Shown: positions 24,123 to 36,409 of the stretch, one piece after another | Numbering within the stretch: position 1 is the first letter of the stretch | Layout of the letters: the number at the start of each line of letters is the position of its first letter | DNA from: Callorhinchus milii | Lineage: Eukaryota | NCBI RefSeq assembly: GCF_018977255.1 | Contig: NW_024704743.1 | Location: forward strand, 50,284,001-50,348,000 | Length of the DNA: 64,000 nucleotides | Reading direction: 5' to 3' | Notes under the pieces: model-generated | Seen by the model: the letters and a program-made list of their open reading frames with translations, nothing else | Database searches by the model: none | What the model was told of the DNA's origin: nothing | Position numbers and translations under genes: made by a program

Positions 24123-24605
24123 ATAAGATAACATAAGAACATGCATCAATATGCTGGATTTTTCTTTAGAACATAAGAAATGTTAGACGAAAAAAGACCA
24201 AGGTCCATCTAGTTCGCTTTCACCTTCCTGGCGATGGCACACACATATGTCCCAAACTATCTATGTACTATATCCCACAATATTATTTCCTAAAAGAAAA
24301 CAATCTAATCAGTGTTTGAAAGAATCAACACTTCCTGCTTCAACTGTCTCTCTGGAGAGTTTGTTCCATAGATTCACTATTCGCTCACTATCATTTTTGT
24401 ACTACGGCGGCCAGAACTGTACACAGTCCTCTAAGTATGGTCTCACCAATGATTTATACAGTGGCAAGATTATCCCACTATTTTGACTTGCTATTGATCT
24501 TTTGATACATCCCAACATCTGGTTTGCTTTATTCACTGACAGCATTGTGGGGAGAGCTTCAATTTATTGTCAATCAGGACCCACGGGTCCTTTTTATGTG
24601 GCTGA
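24123..24605 (-). mobile_element. CR1 3' end with (TTCTTATG)n tail and an internal deletion
   Basis: Same family as 33395 and 62295. Reverse strand encodes LYKSLVRPYLEDCVQFW. Confidence 0.85.
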
Positions 24606-24804
24606 CCTTCTGACTGAATAATCAGCAGAGTTTCAACTGCAAATGATGTCTGATGCCATTGGGTAATGCAGCTTTAAGGCTACAGAGCATCACATGATAG
24701 TGAAAAGTCTTATCTGATACAGTATACAGTATTTAAACATGGGTTGTATACATATCTAACAAGGCCTGAGGCACAGTCTGTCGGTTAGATAAGAATATCC
24801 ACCA

Positions 24805-25100
24805 CCCACAAAGTCTGCCTGTATTCTCATCCGTACTAAATGCCATACCCCCCCATCACTCCAGTTGTTGCCAGGCTCTGCTGGCTTCCTATTTCAGAAC
24901 AGATTGCTTTCAAGGTCCTGACATTCACTTACAAATCAATTCACACACTAACGTCTCCAACCCACTTACACCACATCTCACTACCCTCTGACTTCTCTCC
25001 ATTGGCTCCGGCTTTCTTCACATTTCTCATTTCCTCTGTTCCACCATGGGTGGCCATGCTTTCAGCAACTGCACCCCAAAACTTTGAACTCCCAAGGTGT
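24805..25100 (+). mobile_element. Old L2 fragment
   Basis: Encodes ITPVVARLCWLPISEQIAFKVLTFTYKS. Confidence 0.8.
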
Positions 25101-25114
25101 TGGATAGACAGTTT

Positions 25115-25790
25115 TTCGGACCTGAGCTGGGGGTTGGGAGTGGGGAGGGTGGAGGGCAGGCGGGGAAGCAGGGTGATCGAAAGCATGGTCGAAGAGGAGG
25201 GACTTGAGATGGGTCTTGAAGGAGGCAAGGGAAAGGCGAGGCAGAAGAACTGTGGATGGAGTTCCAGAGGGTAGGAGCAGAGTGGTAGAAGGCCCACTCA
25301 CCAATTGTGGGGTGGGCGAGGTGAAGGATGTGAAGCAGGCCGGAGCCCGCTGAGCGGAGGGAGCAGGCAGGCTGGTAGGGATTTAGCAGGTTGCAGATGT
25401 AGGAGGGAGCAAGACCATGGAGGATTTTGAAGGTGAGGACCAGGACCTTGAACTGTATCCTGAGTGATGGGAAACCAGTGGAGTCGGGCGAGGATGGGGT
25501 AATAGGGTCACAGAGTCTGGTATGGGAGAGGACATGGCCTGCAGAGTTCTGGATAATCTGCAGCCTTTGGAGGGAGGTGTTGGGGAGGCCGACAAGCAAG
25601 GAGTTTGCATAATCAAGCCTCAATGTTATGAATGAGTGATGAGGGTTTCAGAAGCCTGCGGTGTGAGACAAAGGCGGAGCCGGGTGATGTTGCAGAGATG
25701 GCGGAAGGCAGAGCGGGTCATGGCATGGATGTGGGGTAAAAAGGATAGTTGAAGAGGGAGGGAACACAGGGAGGAGCAGGGGATGCTAAT
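25115..25790 (-). mobile_element. L2 fragment
   Basis: Encodes RLDYANSLLVGLPNTSLQRLQIIQNSA...APTLWNS. Confidence 0.9.
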
Positions 25791-25794
25791 ATTA

Positions 25795-26270
25795 CTGTTG
25801 CCTTCCCACCCTTTCCAACTCTTCCCTCCACAAGCTGCAGATCATCCGGAACTCTGCAGCTTGTGTCCTCTCCCGCACCACGCTCCATGACCCCATCACA
25901 CCTACCATTGCCCGGCTCCACTGGCTCCCCATCCCTCAGAGGATTGAGTTCATAATTCTCATCCTCACCTTCAAGGCTCTCCATAGCCTTTCCCCCTCCT
26001 ACCTCTCCGATCTGCTAACCCCTTATCAACCTGACCACTCCTTCCACTCAGCAGGCTCCGGGCTGCTCCATGTCCCCCGCCCATCCCGCCCCACCATTGG
26101 TGGTCTGGCCTTCAGCTTCTCGGCTCCACCCTCTGGAACTCCATTCCACATTCTCTTCACCCCGCTTCCTCCCTTTCTTCCTTCAAGGCACGCCTCAAGA
26201 CCCTCCTCTTCGACCGTGCCTTCAGCCACCCTCCTACCCTCTCGGCCCTCCACCCTCCCTGATCATGTTA
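25795..26270 (+). mobile_element. L2 fragment
   Basis: ctccacaagctgcagatcatccggaactctgcagct...ctccactggctccccatccctcagaggattgag. Confidence 0.88.
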
Positions 26271-26384
26271 ACCTCATTTGTTTCTATTTGTTGTCCATGG
26301 AAACTTTAAGTTATTTCAGTCTATGACTTCTCTGTGGGTCCTAAGTGGGGAATGGCAGAAGGGAAAAGGACTATGGACTCTATT

Positions 26385-27060
26385 AATAATAATAATTAAT
26401 AATAATAATCATTGTATTTCATATAGGGCCTATCAGAAAGATATCTTAAAGTGCTTCACAGAATATTCACAAAGTGAATCACCAATATTATTTTGGGGAT
26501 TGTTGGCCAGAAGATCATGAGAAACTCCCTTCTCTTTTCAGTGTTAGAGCACTCGCCTTGCAAGCGAGACACCTGGGTTCAATTCCAGGCAGGGCGAAAC
26601 CTTGGGCAAGTTTCCTTACTCCACACGCCTAATAGTAATCCCTCCAAAACAAAACAATAATAAATTGGTAATCTTCAATCCACCACTGTTTGTGGGTCAC
26701 TGCTGTGCGCAATTGGCTCCCGCTTTTCACCCACAAATATACAGTCAATTCACTTTACAGCATATTCTGTGAAGCGCTTTGAGACGTCGAGAAGACATGA
26801 AAAACACTATATCAAATGCAAGGATTATTATTATTATTGTTAAATAGTACCTTTGGATTTTTAGCATCCATCTGAACAGGCTGACATCTCAGTTTAAGGT
26901 TTCATCTGAAGGACAGCATTTCCTACAGTATAACATACGTCAGTGTTGTATTGGACTGTCAACCTAGCCTATATGAGTTCAAAGTCCAAACATGGGGCTT
27001 GAACCCATAACCTTCTGACTCAGAGAAGAGAATGCTACCAAATAAGCCAGATTGACACAC
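26385..27060 (-). mobile_element. DeuSINE-type SINE interrupted by a younger SINE
   Basis: The two halves rejoin as ctcttttca|aatagtacc. Confidence 0.8.
26539..26838 (+). mobile_element. tRNA-Ala-headed SINE, short form, TAGAA-loop subfamily, slightly 5'-truncated
   Basis: gcaagcgagacacctgggttcaattccaggc...gagacgtcgagaagacatg. Confidence 0.9.
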
Positions 27061-27089
27061 AGATATTAACAATAATGAACAATAAAATG

Positions 27090-27720
27090 AAAATTCTGAA
27101 GGGATAGGGAAAAAAACTATTTCCACTGGTTGGGGAGTCAGTAACTAGGGGACGTAGATATTAGATAATAATAATAATATAATAATAATAATCCTTGCAT
27201 TTGATTTAGGGCATTTCAAGTCGGGAGGACGTCCCAAAGCGCTTCACAGAACACACTGTAAAGTGAATTGACTGTATATTTGTGGGCGAACGCCGCAGCC
27301 AATTGCGCACAGCAATGTCCCACAAACAGTCGTAGATTGAAAATAACCAATTTATTATTGTTTTGGGTTTTGGAGGGATTATTATTAGGCGTGTGGAGTA
27401 AGGAAACTTGCCCAAGGTTTCGCCCTGTCTGGAATTGAACTCAGGTCTCTCGCTTGCAAAGCAAGTGCTCTGACCACTGAGCTACAGGACTCCACAAGAA
27501 GAGCGAAAAGAAAGTTTATGAGAATTTTTTTCACACGAGAGTTGTTGGGATGTGGAATGCTCGACCCTGCCCATTGTGAATTTTAAGAGAGAACTAGACA
27601 GGTATATGAAGATTGAAAGGAGTATGGGGATAGGGCAGGACAGTGGGGTTGAACGTACAGCTTGATCTGAGAACCAGGGACAAATAGCCTCTTTCTGCTC
27701 TGTACATTTCCATGTTCTAC
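27090..27720 (+). mobile_element. Old CR1 3' fragment interrupted by a young SINE
   Basis: KLFPLVGESVTRG lies before the insert, and a FFTREVVGMWNA-like sequence follows it. Confidence 0.7.
27165..27494 (-). mobile_element. tRNA-Ala-headed SINE, short form, CTCCC-loop subfamily
   Basis: Near-identical to 4561-4880 and 36765-37087. Confidence 0.92.
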
Positions 27721-28924
27721 AAAAATGAACATTCCTTTTGATTGAGCTTCTATCTTCCTTTGGAGCATATGGGAATTTTACAAATATTGGAGCTCAGACC
27801 TGTATGCTGATCTGAATTCTATTCGACTGTCTTATTGGTATGATAGCTCATCCAATCATGTTTCAAATCTATTTCAAAACTGTCTCATTAGCTGTTAATT
27901 TCTTTGGGACAGCATCTCACCAGTTATGAAACTGTGTCCCAGGTCATATGTACCTCAACTCTATACATGGCTTCTACACCTCTGCAGGTTAGGTTAATGG
28001 TGGCAACCAGCTAGTGGTTTGTTAGGATTGTGAAGCTATCGTTTCAGAGGAGTCGAATGCATTCATAACTGAAGTATTCTGTTTTTTATTATTGCTATAC
28101 ACTGGCACTGTAAATAATGTCCGATAGGAGCCAATCATTATCTTATTTTGTTGAATCTTTTCAGACAAACTTATCAGAGAGCCAAACTGATATTTATTTC
28201 TATGTTTGCCAGGAGGTTTCTTTTAATGGATTTTCCACTTCTAGACATTGCATCCTGTTCCAAACCATTACGCACAAGTAGCTGAAGGCATTAATCTGCT
28301 GATGGGAAATGCTACACCTTTGTCAATAATTTACAAAAGAAGTATGAGTTCAGTTTGCACTGGTTTGCAGCAGTGCCCGAGTCAAAACTGGGAATAGATT
28401 GCATCTAATAAATTAGAGCCCTGTTATCTCAAACCTGGTGGTTGAAGCAACGTCATTTCATAGGAACAAAATAGTGGTATAATTGTAAGAGATTTCGTAG
28501 AGCCTGAACTGTTATATTAATGAATATTTCTTTGAAATTTACATTTAAATTGTAGGTTTTGAAGAATTCAATGAAAGTGTCATTGTGGCCTGTTAAGTAC
28601 TTTACAAGTTGTATAATTGCTGGTGTTTCTTCGCCAATCACCTGCTCCAATTTACGTTTGGTGTTCAAAAAAAAACTAATGATGAAAATATTTGGAATTG
28701 TAGAAACTACACAGTGATGTCCAAGATTAGTTTTGTTTGTGTATACCATGCCCCGTTTTATTCCCAAAATTGAAACGACATGAAACAAAATGATACGTCA
28801 AAGGAGCAAGACACAAAGGTACAGGGCCAGGTTGTTCTGCTGTGAAAAATTATTTTAGGACAGACAATAGGACATATTTATTTAAACAGAGAACAATCAA
28901 CAACTGAAATTGGTTACCTGGAAG

Positions 28925-29102
28925 GCTGGGCTTTTGTGGGATATTGCTGTGATCAAATTAGTTACTGTCTTTGCCTACAAATACACAGTCACTACATTTT
29001 CCAGTAATATCCTGAGACATTTCATTGATGTGATAAGAAGTTATATCAAATGCAAGTATTATTATTATTGTTATTATTATTATTATCATTATTATTATTA
29101 TA
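28925..29102 (+). mobile_element. SINE Deu/tail fragment with a long (TTA)n run
   Basis: tttgtgggatattgctgtg...tatcaaatgcaagtattattatt. Confidence 0.75.
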
Positions 29103-29276
29103 TACCCCTTAATATTCTTACTTCCAAGTATATGTTTGTCTTTTAAGCATCTCAATTGATTTTGCATCTACAATCTTCTGGAAGATAGTACATTCCCTAA
29201 TTCTCACACCCCTTTGTGTGAAAATGTGTACAGTATTTTGAATACAGAAGCCTTACCTGTGCATCATAACAATGGG

Positions 29277-29351
29277 GTGAAATGTATGACATTTCATAAC
29301 AGATTTAACATGATCGCATCAAATCAGTTATGAAATGTCATAAAATGTCAC
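29277..29351. repeat. Inverted repeat (hairpin)
   Basis: Perfect 16-bp arms TATGACATTTCATAAC (29285-29300) and GTTATGAAATGTCATA (29327-29342), extending imperfectly to about 30 bp. Confidence 0.85.
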
Positions 29352-30299
29352 AGTCCAGTTTTCACACTGGCACATTGCAGACGTTTGATAAGTAATTGAC
29401 CAGTGACCAAATGAAATAATGCAATCTGTGTTTATGGACCCCAAGATGAGCCACACTTGACATGTTTAGATGAAGAGTATACTGACTGGGGCAAAAAAAT
29501 AATGATGTTGAATTTGCTGCAAGATCTGGAAATCAACTAGTTCTGTACTTTAGGACTGGTCTCCAGGGGTTTCACTGACTGCAATCTCAGAATAGCTGTT
29601 CAAGTAAATGGTGCTGACAAGAAGCCAATTAAAAAAAGGTTTGAAATTGAAAGGAAATCGAAGCCAAGGACAGGATGGTAATTAAAAAGCTTATATTTTG
29701 TTTGTCTGTTTGCTAGATGAGATACAAACACTGCTCTCATAACACACTGAATGCCAAGCTTGATTGGGAAGGTTAAATTGTGGCCGAGACTTGGGAATTT
29801 TGGATTTAATCTGTATTTATCTGTACTTAAAAAACAGGGTCCATTTTCAGATTAGTTCTTCCTGTAATTTAATAAAAAGAAAGCATATGCATAGAGGGAT
29901 GAAGCGTATCTTTGAGCGGCAGAAGTGCAGTGAAATAATATGCCACTTTGATTCCTGGCAATCTATAATGCTTTGTTGATGTTTAAAATAGACGAGTATC
30001 AAAGGGTACATGGAGCGAGCAGGAAAGTGGGGTAACACTATGAGGCTCATGTGAGGGTAAGTACCAGCTCACACTTGAAGGGCTGAATGGGCTATTTCTG
30101 CACTGTAACATTGTGTGAAGTGTATAGTTAACCTGTGACGGTGCGGTGACAGAGTATACATCTGACCTTTAGAAAGCTGAATGACAAACAATATTTGTTG
30201 CACCTCGGGAAGGATCTAACCTTTGGTGTTTCAGTGCCAGTACACTTTCTCTTGCTGTAGCTGAGTCCATGTGCTCTTGCTCCCTGCTGACATGGTAGG

Positions 30300-30600
30300 T
30301 TTCCATTTAATCACTGATGATCTCCAGTATTGGGAGAAAATGCTTGGGTGGCAGTCTATATTACTTGGGTGCTTTTCCCCCCCTCTTCTCTTTCTTTGCC
30401 GTCAAATCCTCCTTCCACTCCCGAATCAACCTGGAGGGCAAGGAAAATCACATCTTTTCTTCTCTTCCTCATCACAAACCAGCTTTTATATCCCCTCCAA
30501 AGATTCTCTCAAACTCCTTCTATTCTTATCTAAGATTTAAAACTGAGATGAGGTCACTATTATTGATTTCAGCAATCCACTACCCTCTCCTCCAAATAAA
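30300..30600 (+). mobile_element. Decayed internal L2 ORF2 fragment
   Basis: SRINLEGKENHIFSS...FKTEMR resembles the L2 linker between the endonuclease and RT domains. Confidence 0.4.
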
Positions 30601-30714
30601 ATCCTGAACACTCATTCTTAGGGTATACTTCTTAAACACTCTTAGATTGATGAGGTGGATTACAAGAGCTGAATGAGAACAGCAAGCAGAACTGGAATGT
30701 TTTATCAATAGAGG

Positions 30715-31082
30715 ATATTGCTTATCAAAGTTGACACTCCAATGCAGTGCTAGGGGTGTATTGCATTGTCATAGGTGTCGTCTTTCGCATGAGACTTTAA
30801 ACCGAGATCCCATCTGCCTGTTCAAGTGGGTGTTAAAAATCCCATGGCACTATTCGAAAAGAGAAGTGAGTTTCTCCCAGTGTCCTGGCTATCAATCCCG
30901 AAAATAAAATTGGTCACTCACTCCATGAGTGTTTGTGGGACATTGTTGTGCACAAACTGGCTGCTGCATTTCGCACACAAAATATACAGTCAATCCACTT
31001 TATAGTATATCCTGTGAAGCATTTTGAGACTTATTGACAATGTGATAAGACTCTATACCGAATGCAAGGCTTATTATTATTG
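30715..31082 (+). mobile_element. DeuSINE-type SINE, 5'-truncated
   Basis: Well-preserved Deu core and tail. Confidence 0.85.
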
Positions 31083-32369
31083 CAGAATTATTATAAAAGA
31101 AAGTTGTAGTGTGTGTTCATTTTGTTTTGACGAGTGGTTTGCCAGAGGCATTTCACGTTTGTAGATTATCACAGGGATTGAATTTACATTCATAAAAGGC
31201 ACACAATGAGTGCTGCCAAAAAATTAATGTTTAATCGACAACTGGGAAGATTTCTGACTCACAGCATTTTCCGAAAATTAAATGAGAGGTCAAGTATACG
31301 TATATTATTGATATTCCTTTTTGAAGGGCTCCTTCTTAAAGCCTGGAGCCATCAATTTAACTCAGAGGCTTCCAATGATACAGGGCAGGCAGTGTTGTTT
31401 CAGTTTCTATAAGAGTGAACAGGATCTATTATTTTATTCTAGAGTTTAACCCCACTTTAATGTTATTCCAGTTGGTAACCTGCGAGATTTACAGAGGAAC
31501 GACTGTAGGTATAACCCTGAACAGCATCAAAGGAAATAAAGCAAGCAAAAAACCTATAAGAGAACTAAATTTAAAAGTGAGAAATAGGGGATTACTAAAA
31601 TGTTGCAGAACAGCAGTCAAAGGATTATATGATTATTCCAGTGGTCAAGGCTATTCACAACGGTAATGTACCATGGAACAAAATCGGAACTGAAAAAGGA
31701 AAAACTAGGTGTAAAGCGGATTACAACTGTTTGAATGGTAAATCTGCTGCAGTTGTGGCGAGCCGAGACCCTTTATCACAGTACAATTTCTGACAATGAT
31801 TTATGAAATAGGAACAGAATAAATTAAATCAAAATTGCTTGAAATTCATTTTACTTGAAATTAGTTGCCGGTCTGGTGTCTGACAAACATACAAAAAAAA
31901 CTGGAGCCACTGAGGAAACCAGAATAGTGGTATTTTGTTTGCCAGCTTTGGAGTTCACATTTCCTCCCTTGGGAACACACCTCACTTGCCAATCTAGGGT
32001 TATAATATTAGAATTAATGCCCTAGGGCCTATGCTACAGGCTAGCTTAAAGCATCACAGTAAGTGCTGGTAGGAAGCGATAACAACTGATAGTTTGGTCA
32101 AGAGATTATTTAAGCTTCAGCTATTCTTCCCTCTCTTCGAGATCAGATTCTTCAAAAGGGAATTATTGTGAAGTATTTATTTTTGTGTATTTTCATAGTT
32201 AAAATAAAGGTTAATAATAATTGCTCAATAAAAACTGTCTGACTGACTTCTGCATAATGCTTGTAACAATAAGGAAAAGTTACACAGTAGAATTTAGGAT
32301 CAATCCTCATGGGGAAATTAGATCTAAACAACAATAAATTACACTTATATAGAGCCTTTCATGTTTGGA

Positions 32370-32700
32370 GAATAATATAATAATCCCTACATTTGGTAAA
32401 GCTCCTGTCATGTCAGGAGGATTTCCCAAACCGCTTCAAAGGATATACTGTAAACAACAACAACAAATTATATTTATATACAAAGTGGTTTAGTGACTGT
32501 TTGTGTCTTTTGTGGGCGAACTTGGCAACCAATCTGATTACAGCAATGTCTCACAAACTGACAGAGTGAATGGCTAATTTTATTTGAGAGGACAGGACAC
32601 CAGGAAAAACTCCCTTTTCTTTTAGAATAGTGCCATGGGATCATTAATGTCCACCTGAACAGGCAGATTAGACCTTGGTTTAATGTCTCAGCTGAATGAC
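32370..32700 (-). mobile_element. DeuSINE-type fragment with interleaved L2 tail pieces
   Basis: gaatagtgccatgggatcattaatgtccacctgaacaggcaga. Confidence 0.75.
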
Positions 32701-32914
32701 TTCATATATTGTGTTTGCTTATCTAATTCCAGAGAGTATTAGGTTTAGGCTGGCAAGTGCCAAGTCTTTGGTAACCCAGAGTGCTTGTTGGGGTAGTGCT
32801 TGAGTTTAACCAGGTAAACGTACATAGTTTGTCCTTGAAAGTACTCTCTGACAAACTTTAAAGCTGCTTATCCAGCTAGTACACCCTACCCATTAGAATT
32901 TGGCTTACAGGGTT

Positions 32915-33170
32915 AACAGGAGCTGAGTGGGATGACTCCCTGCTCCCAGTGACTGGTCTGTCCTTCCAAATCCTGCCTACGAGCCAGGCTGGTGTGCTGT
33001 CATCAGCAGTGCCCTGGAATACTGCAGACCCGCCTGGTTCAGGAACCGGACTATTGATACTGAGATTACGGTGAAGGTTGGACTCAGTTCCATTGCCAAG
33101 TATGTCACTCTGGAGACAATTCAACTCCAAGGAGACCCTGCTTATCTTCCCCCACCATGTGGAGGCTAAT
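32915..33170 (+). mobile_element. Possible decayed Ingi/Vingi-like non-LTR fragment
   Basis: Frameshifted LTGAEW...ISSALEYCRPAWFRNRTIDTEI resembles the post-RT motif LAG-xW...YSxAEYCxPxW. Confidence 0.35.
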
Positions 33171-33392
33171 ATTCCATAATATGGAAACGTTAATGCCGCG
33201 GAAAAAGGTCAATGTAAATTGGTATGTATTTTACTGAAATAGTCTTATATTTGTGTGTTTCTAAATTCTGTTACTTTTGAACTATTTTGTTAATACAGAA
33301 TTGCACAGAATCTAGATTCCAAGGACATTTATTTGTAGAATCTGCAGCAATTCCATTGCTCAGACAGCTGCTGAGGTAGCTCAAGATCAACA

Positions 33393-33608
33393 AATAAGAA
33401 CATAAGAAATGCTAGATCAATGTCCATTTAATTCTCCTTCCACCTTCCTGATGGTCACATGCACATATATCCTGAACTACCTATGTACTATATCCCAAAA
33501 TGTTATTTCCTAAAAGAAAACTATCTAATCTATGTTTGACAGAATCAACACTTCCTGCTTCAACCGTCTCCCTAGGGAGCCTGTTCCATAGGTTCACTAT
33601 TCGCTCAC
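33393..33608 (-). mobile_element. CR1 3' end of the (TTCTTATG)n family
   Basis: aagaacataagaaatgctag...gaatcaacacttcctgcttcaac. Confidence 0.85.
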
Positions 33609-35864
33609 AAACCATAAAACCATCAGGCAAGGCAAGCCATTCTCACAATGCATTCTAGTCTTTTCAAGCTGTTCAATGGTGTTCAATGGAGCAGAAATAA
33701 AGCTATACATTTTATGAAGCTGCTGCATTAGACTGCGGCAACTCATTTGCTCCGAGCAGACTGCAGCTCAGGAGCTTGTTAACTTGATCACGGCACTTTG
33801 AAAAGCCACTTATGTGTGAACTCATTTGGTTTCCACCAAACAATCTCATTTGTAGACAATTATGAGAAAACTGGGTGAACCAAATTTGTATGNAAAAAAA
33901 CTGCTCAGATCTTCAGTGAGGTAGTTGGGTTGTTAGTTCTACACTGGAGGCAACAACAACAAAACTTGAATTGATAAAGTACCTTTTAGGAACCAATTTA
34001 GGCATAGGACCCTAATGTTTATGGTCCCTGTACCCCTCCTCCCTTGCTCGGTGTCAAAACCTGCTACTGTAAAGCACTCAGAAACATTATCCTACATAAA
34101 GGGTACTATGTAAATGCAAGTTGTTGTTCTTTACTAATCCACATACAGATCAGAAAGTTGTGTTACCAAGACAATACCCCTTGGATTCCATATTAATGAA
34201 TGAAGATTGTTTCAGCCACATTTAGCCTTATTCCAAAACATCCTTGATGCTGTAATGAGCAGACAGTAAAGTTGGGATTGTGAAAGGATGAACTCAAATG
34301 GGCCTTCTTCAGCCTAGCCTCTTTGGTGAACTTGTGATTTCCCTTTGCTGAGCACTGAGGGTTGGGACTGAGCTATTTGTAGCATCCTGGCCTAGCAGAG
34401 ATCAGGTAAATCTCCACAGAATCAGGAACCTGCTTTGACTCTATAGCTCAGCTACCCACTGGAGAGACTTGCTGAGCACATGGGGAATCTCGTCAAATTG
34501 CAGTATATTTCCTTCTGCTTAAACTGTGTGTACAAGCACTTTGAGACGTCCTCCCGATGTGAAAGGTACTATATAAATATAAATCGTATTGTATTCAATT
34601 CTTTCCACATGTTAAATGAGGAAGAGAAATATTACAGATGTGCACGTGGTATAGTTGCCTTTCCATTTGTTCTTACATCCTTTACATTTCTCTTCGTTGC
34701 TTTTATTATTTTAACTTTACTTTTGCCATTAATGTGGGGTTTCCAATCCACTAACCTTTCCTCTCAAGAGATAAGAGTGCTGCCAACTGAGCTATCATAG
34801 ATTAATTAGGGTGTGTAAAACTGCGTGTAATATTCCAAAAACTCCAAACGTGACCTCATCGATGAGTTACACTAGACGTATTTCAATAAAATTTTGAATT
34901 TGAGCATGATTCTCATAAATCAGATAAATTAAAGTGTCAAGCAAATAGATTTTTTTAAGTACTCATACGTACAGACTAAAATTGAAGTGTACAGCATGGC
35001 TATCTTTGTTCTCAGTCTTCTGTTGACATCTATAAATCACTTCAGCTTGCTCTTGTTATTTGTGATTATGATAAATAACTCATTGGCAGCTGCTTGTTAT
35101 CCTATATAATACACAATGTTTTCTCATTCTTGTTTCACTGGGAAGCAATGTAATACCTTAAACGGACTGATAGGATACAAGGAATACATTATATTATAGA
35201 TAAATATGGTGAAAGAATGTCAGTGTGTGTGGCATATAAGCAATGGCCATTTGTACTTCCGCAGCCTCGTTTGTCATTATAAGGTTGGTGTCAGAGTGTC
35301 ATAGTTTGTTGTGTACAAATTATAAATCTTTTTGTCTACTTTGGCAAACGAGTAGACGGCTTGTGCTACAGGGTACTTTGAGAGGACCCTGTGTGGTGAG
35401 TCAGAACATGCAAAACATCTGTTCCGATTCAGCCAATCAACCAGTTAAAGGTGCTTACAAAGCACCAGCACAAAACAAGCGGCTTTTGATTGCTTTATTG
35501 CTCGAGCCATTTCTGCACGGACATGATATGATTGCAGCATTTAGTCATGTGCTGCTGGACAACATCAACATTTCCAAATGATGCCTTTGTGTACTCTGCT
35601 CTGCATCTGAGGTGATGGGCCCCATTCAATTCTACTTATCCGTTTCATTTTGACATTTTGTTGGCACTTGTGATCGTTGTTGTCATGCTGAAAGCATCAA
35701 AATTCTGCAGGTCATTTCATCTAGTTTAAAGATGGCAATGAAGGATGTTTGAGTCACAAGAATAATTCATACATTTGGTACAACGTGTTTCACATCAGGA
35801 GGATGTCTCAAAGTGCTTCACAAATTCACTATAAAGTGTAGTAATTGCATTTTGTAGGCCAACA

Positions 35865-36345
35865 CAGCAACAGCAAAACAGCAATAATAAATTAATTTAT
35901 ACAGCGCCTTCCACATCGGGAGGATATCCCAAGGTGCTGGAGAGTTGAGGATTTGCACCCGAGTTGGGGGTTGGATTCAGGAGAGGTGGGGGCCAAGAGG
36001 ATAGGAGTGTTGGGGGAAAGATGACTGAAAATGCAGTCAAAAAGTAAGGCCTTGTGATGTACCATGAAGGACGTGAGGATAGGGGCAAGGTGGAGGCACT
36101 CTGAGATGGAGTTCCAGAGAGTGGAGCAAATAGGCTAAAAGCTTGACCTCCGATGGTGGGGCAGACAGGGTGGGGGAGGTGAAGCGTTGGGAGTGGTGCG
36201 TCGCAGAGGTCGGGAGGGGCAAGACTGTGGAGGGATTTAAAAGTGATGTTGTGATCTTGAACTCAATCCTCTGGGGGATGGGTAGCCAGTGGAAATGAAT
36301 AGTCTCGCGGAGTCTAGTGTAGGAGAGACCATAAGCTGCAGAGTC
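35865..36345 (-). mobile_element. L2 3' fragment
   Basis: Tail tacagcgccttccacatcgggaggatatcccaagg and a reverse-strand FHWLPIPQRIEFKI-like motif. Confidence 0.82.
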
Positions 36346-36409
36346 TGTATCTTATGGAGAGAAGAGTTAGTCTAGTAGCTAATTTACTCACAATAATGTC
36401 CCACAAAAG

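Noticed and set aside
33893..33893. Ambiguous base n
   Set aside because: An assembly uncertainty beside a poly-A run, not a biological feature.
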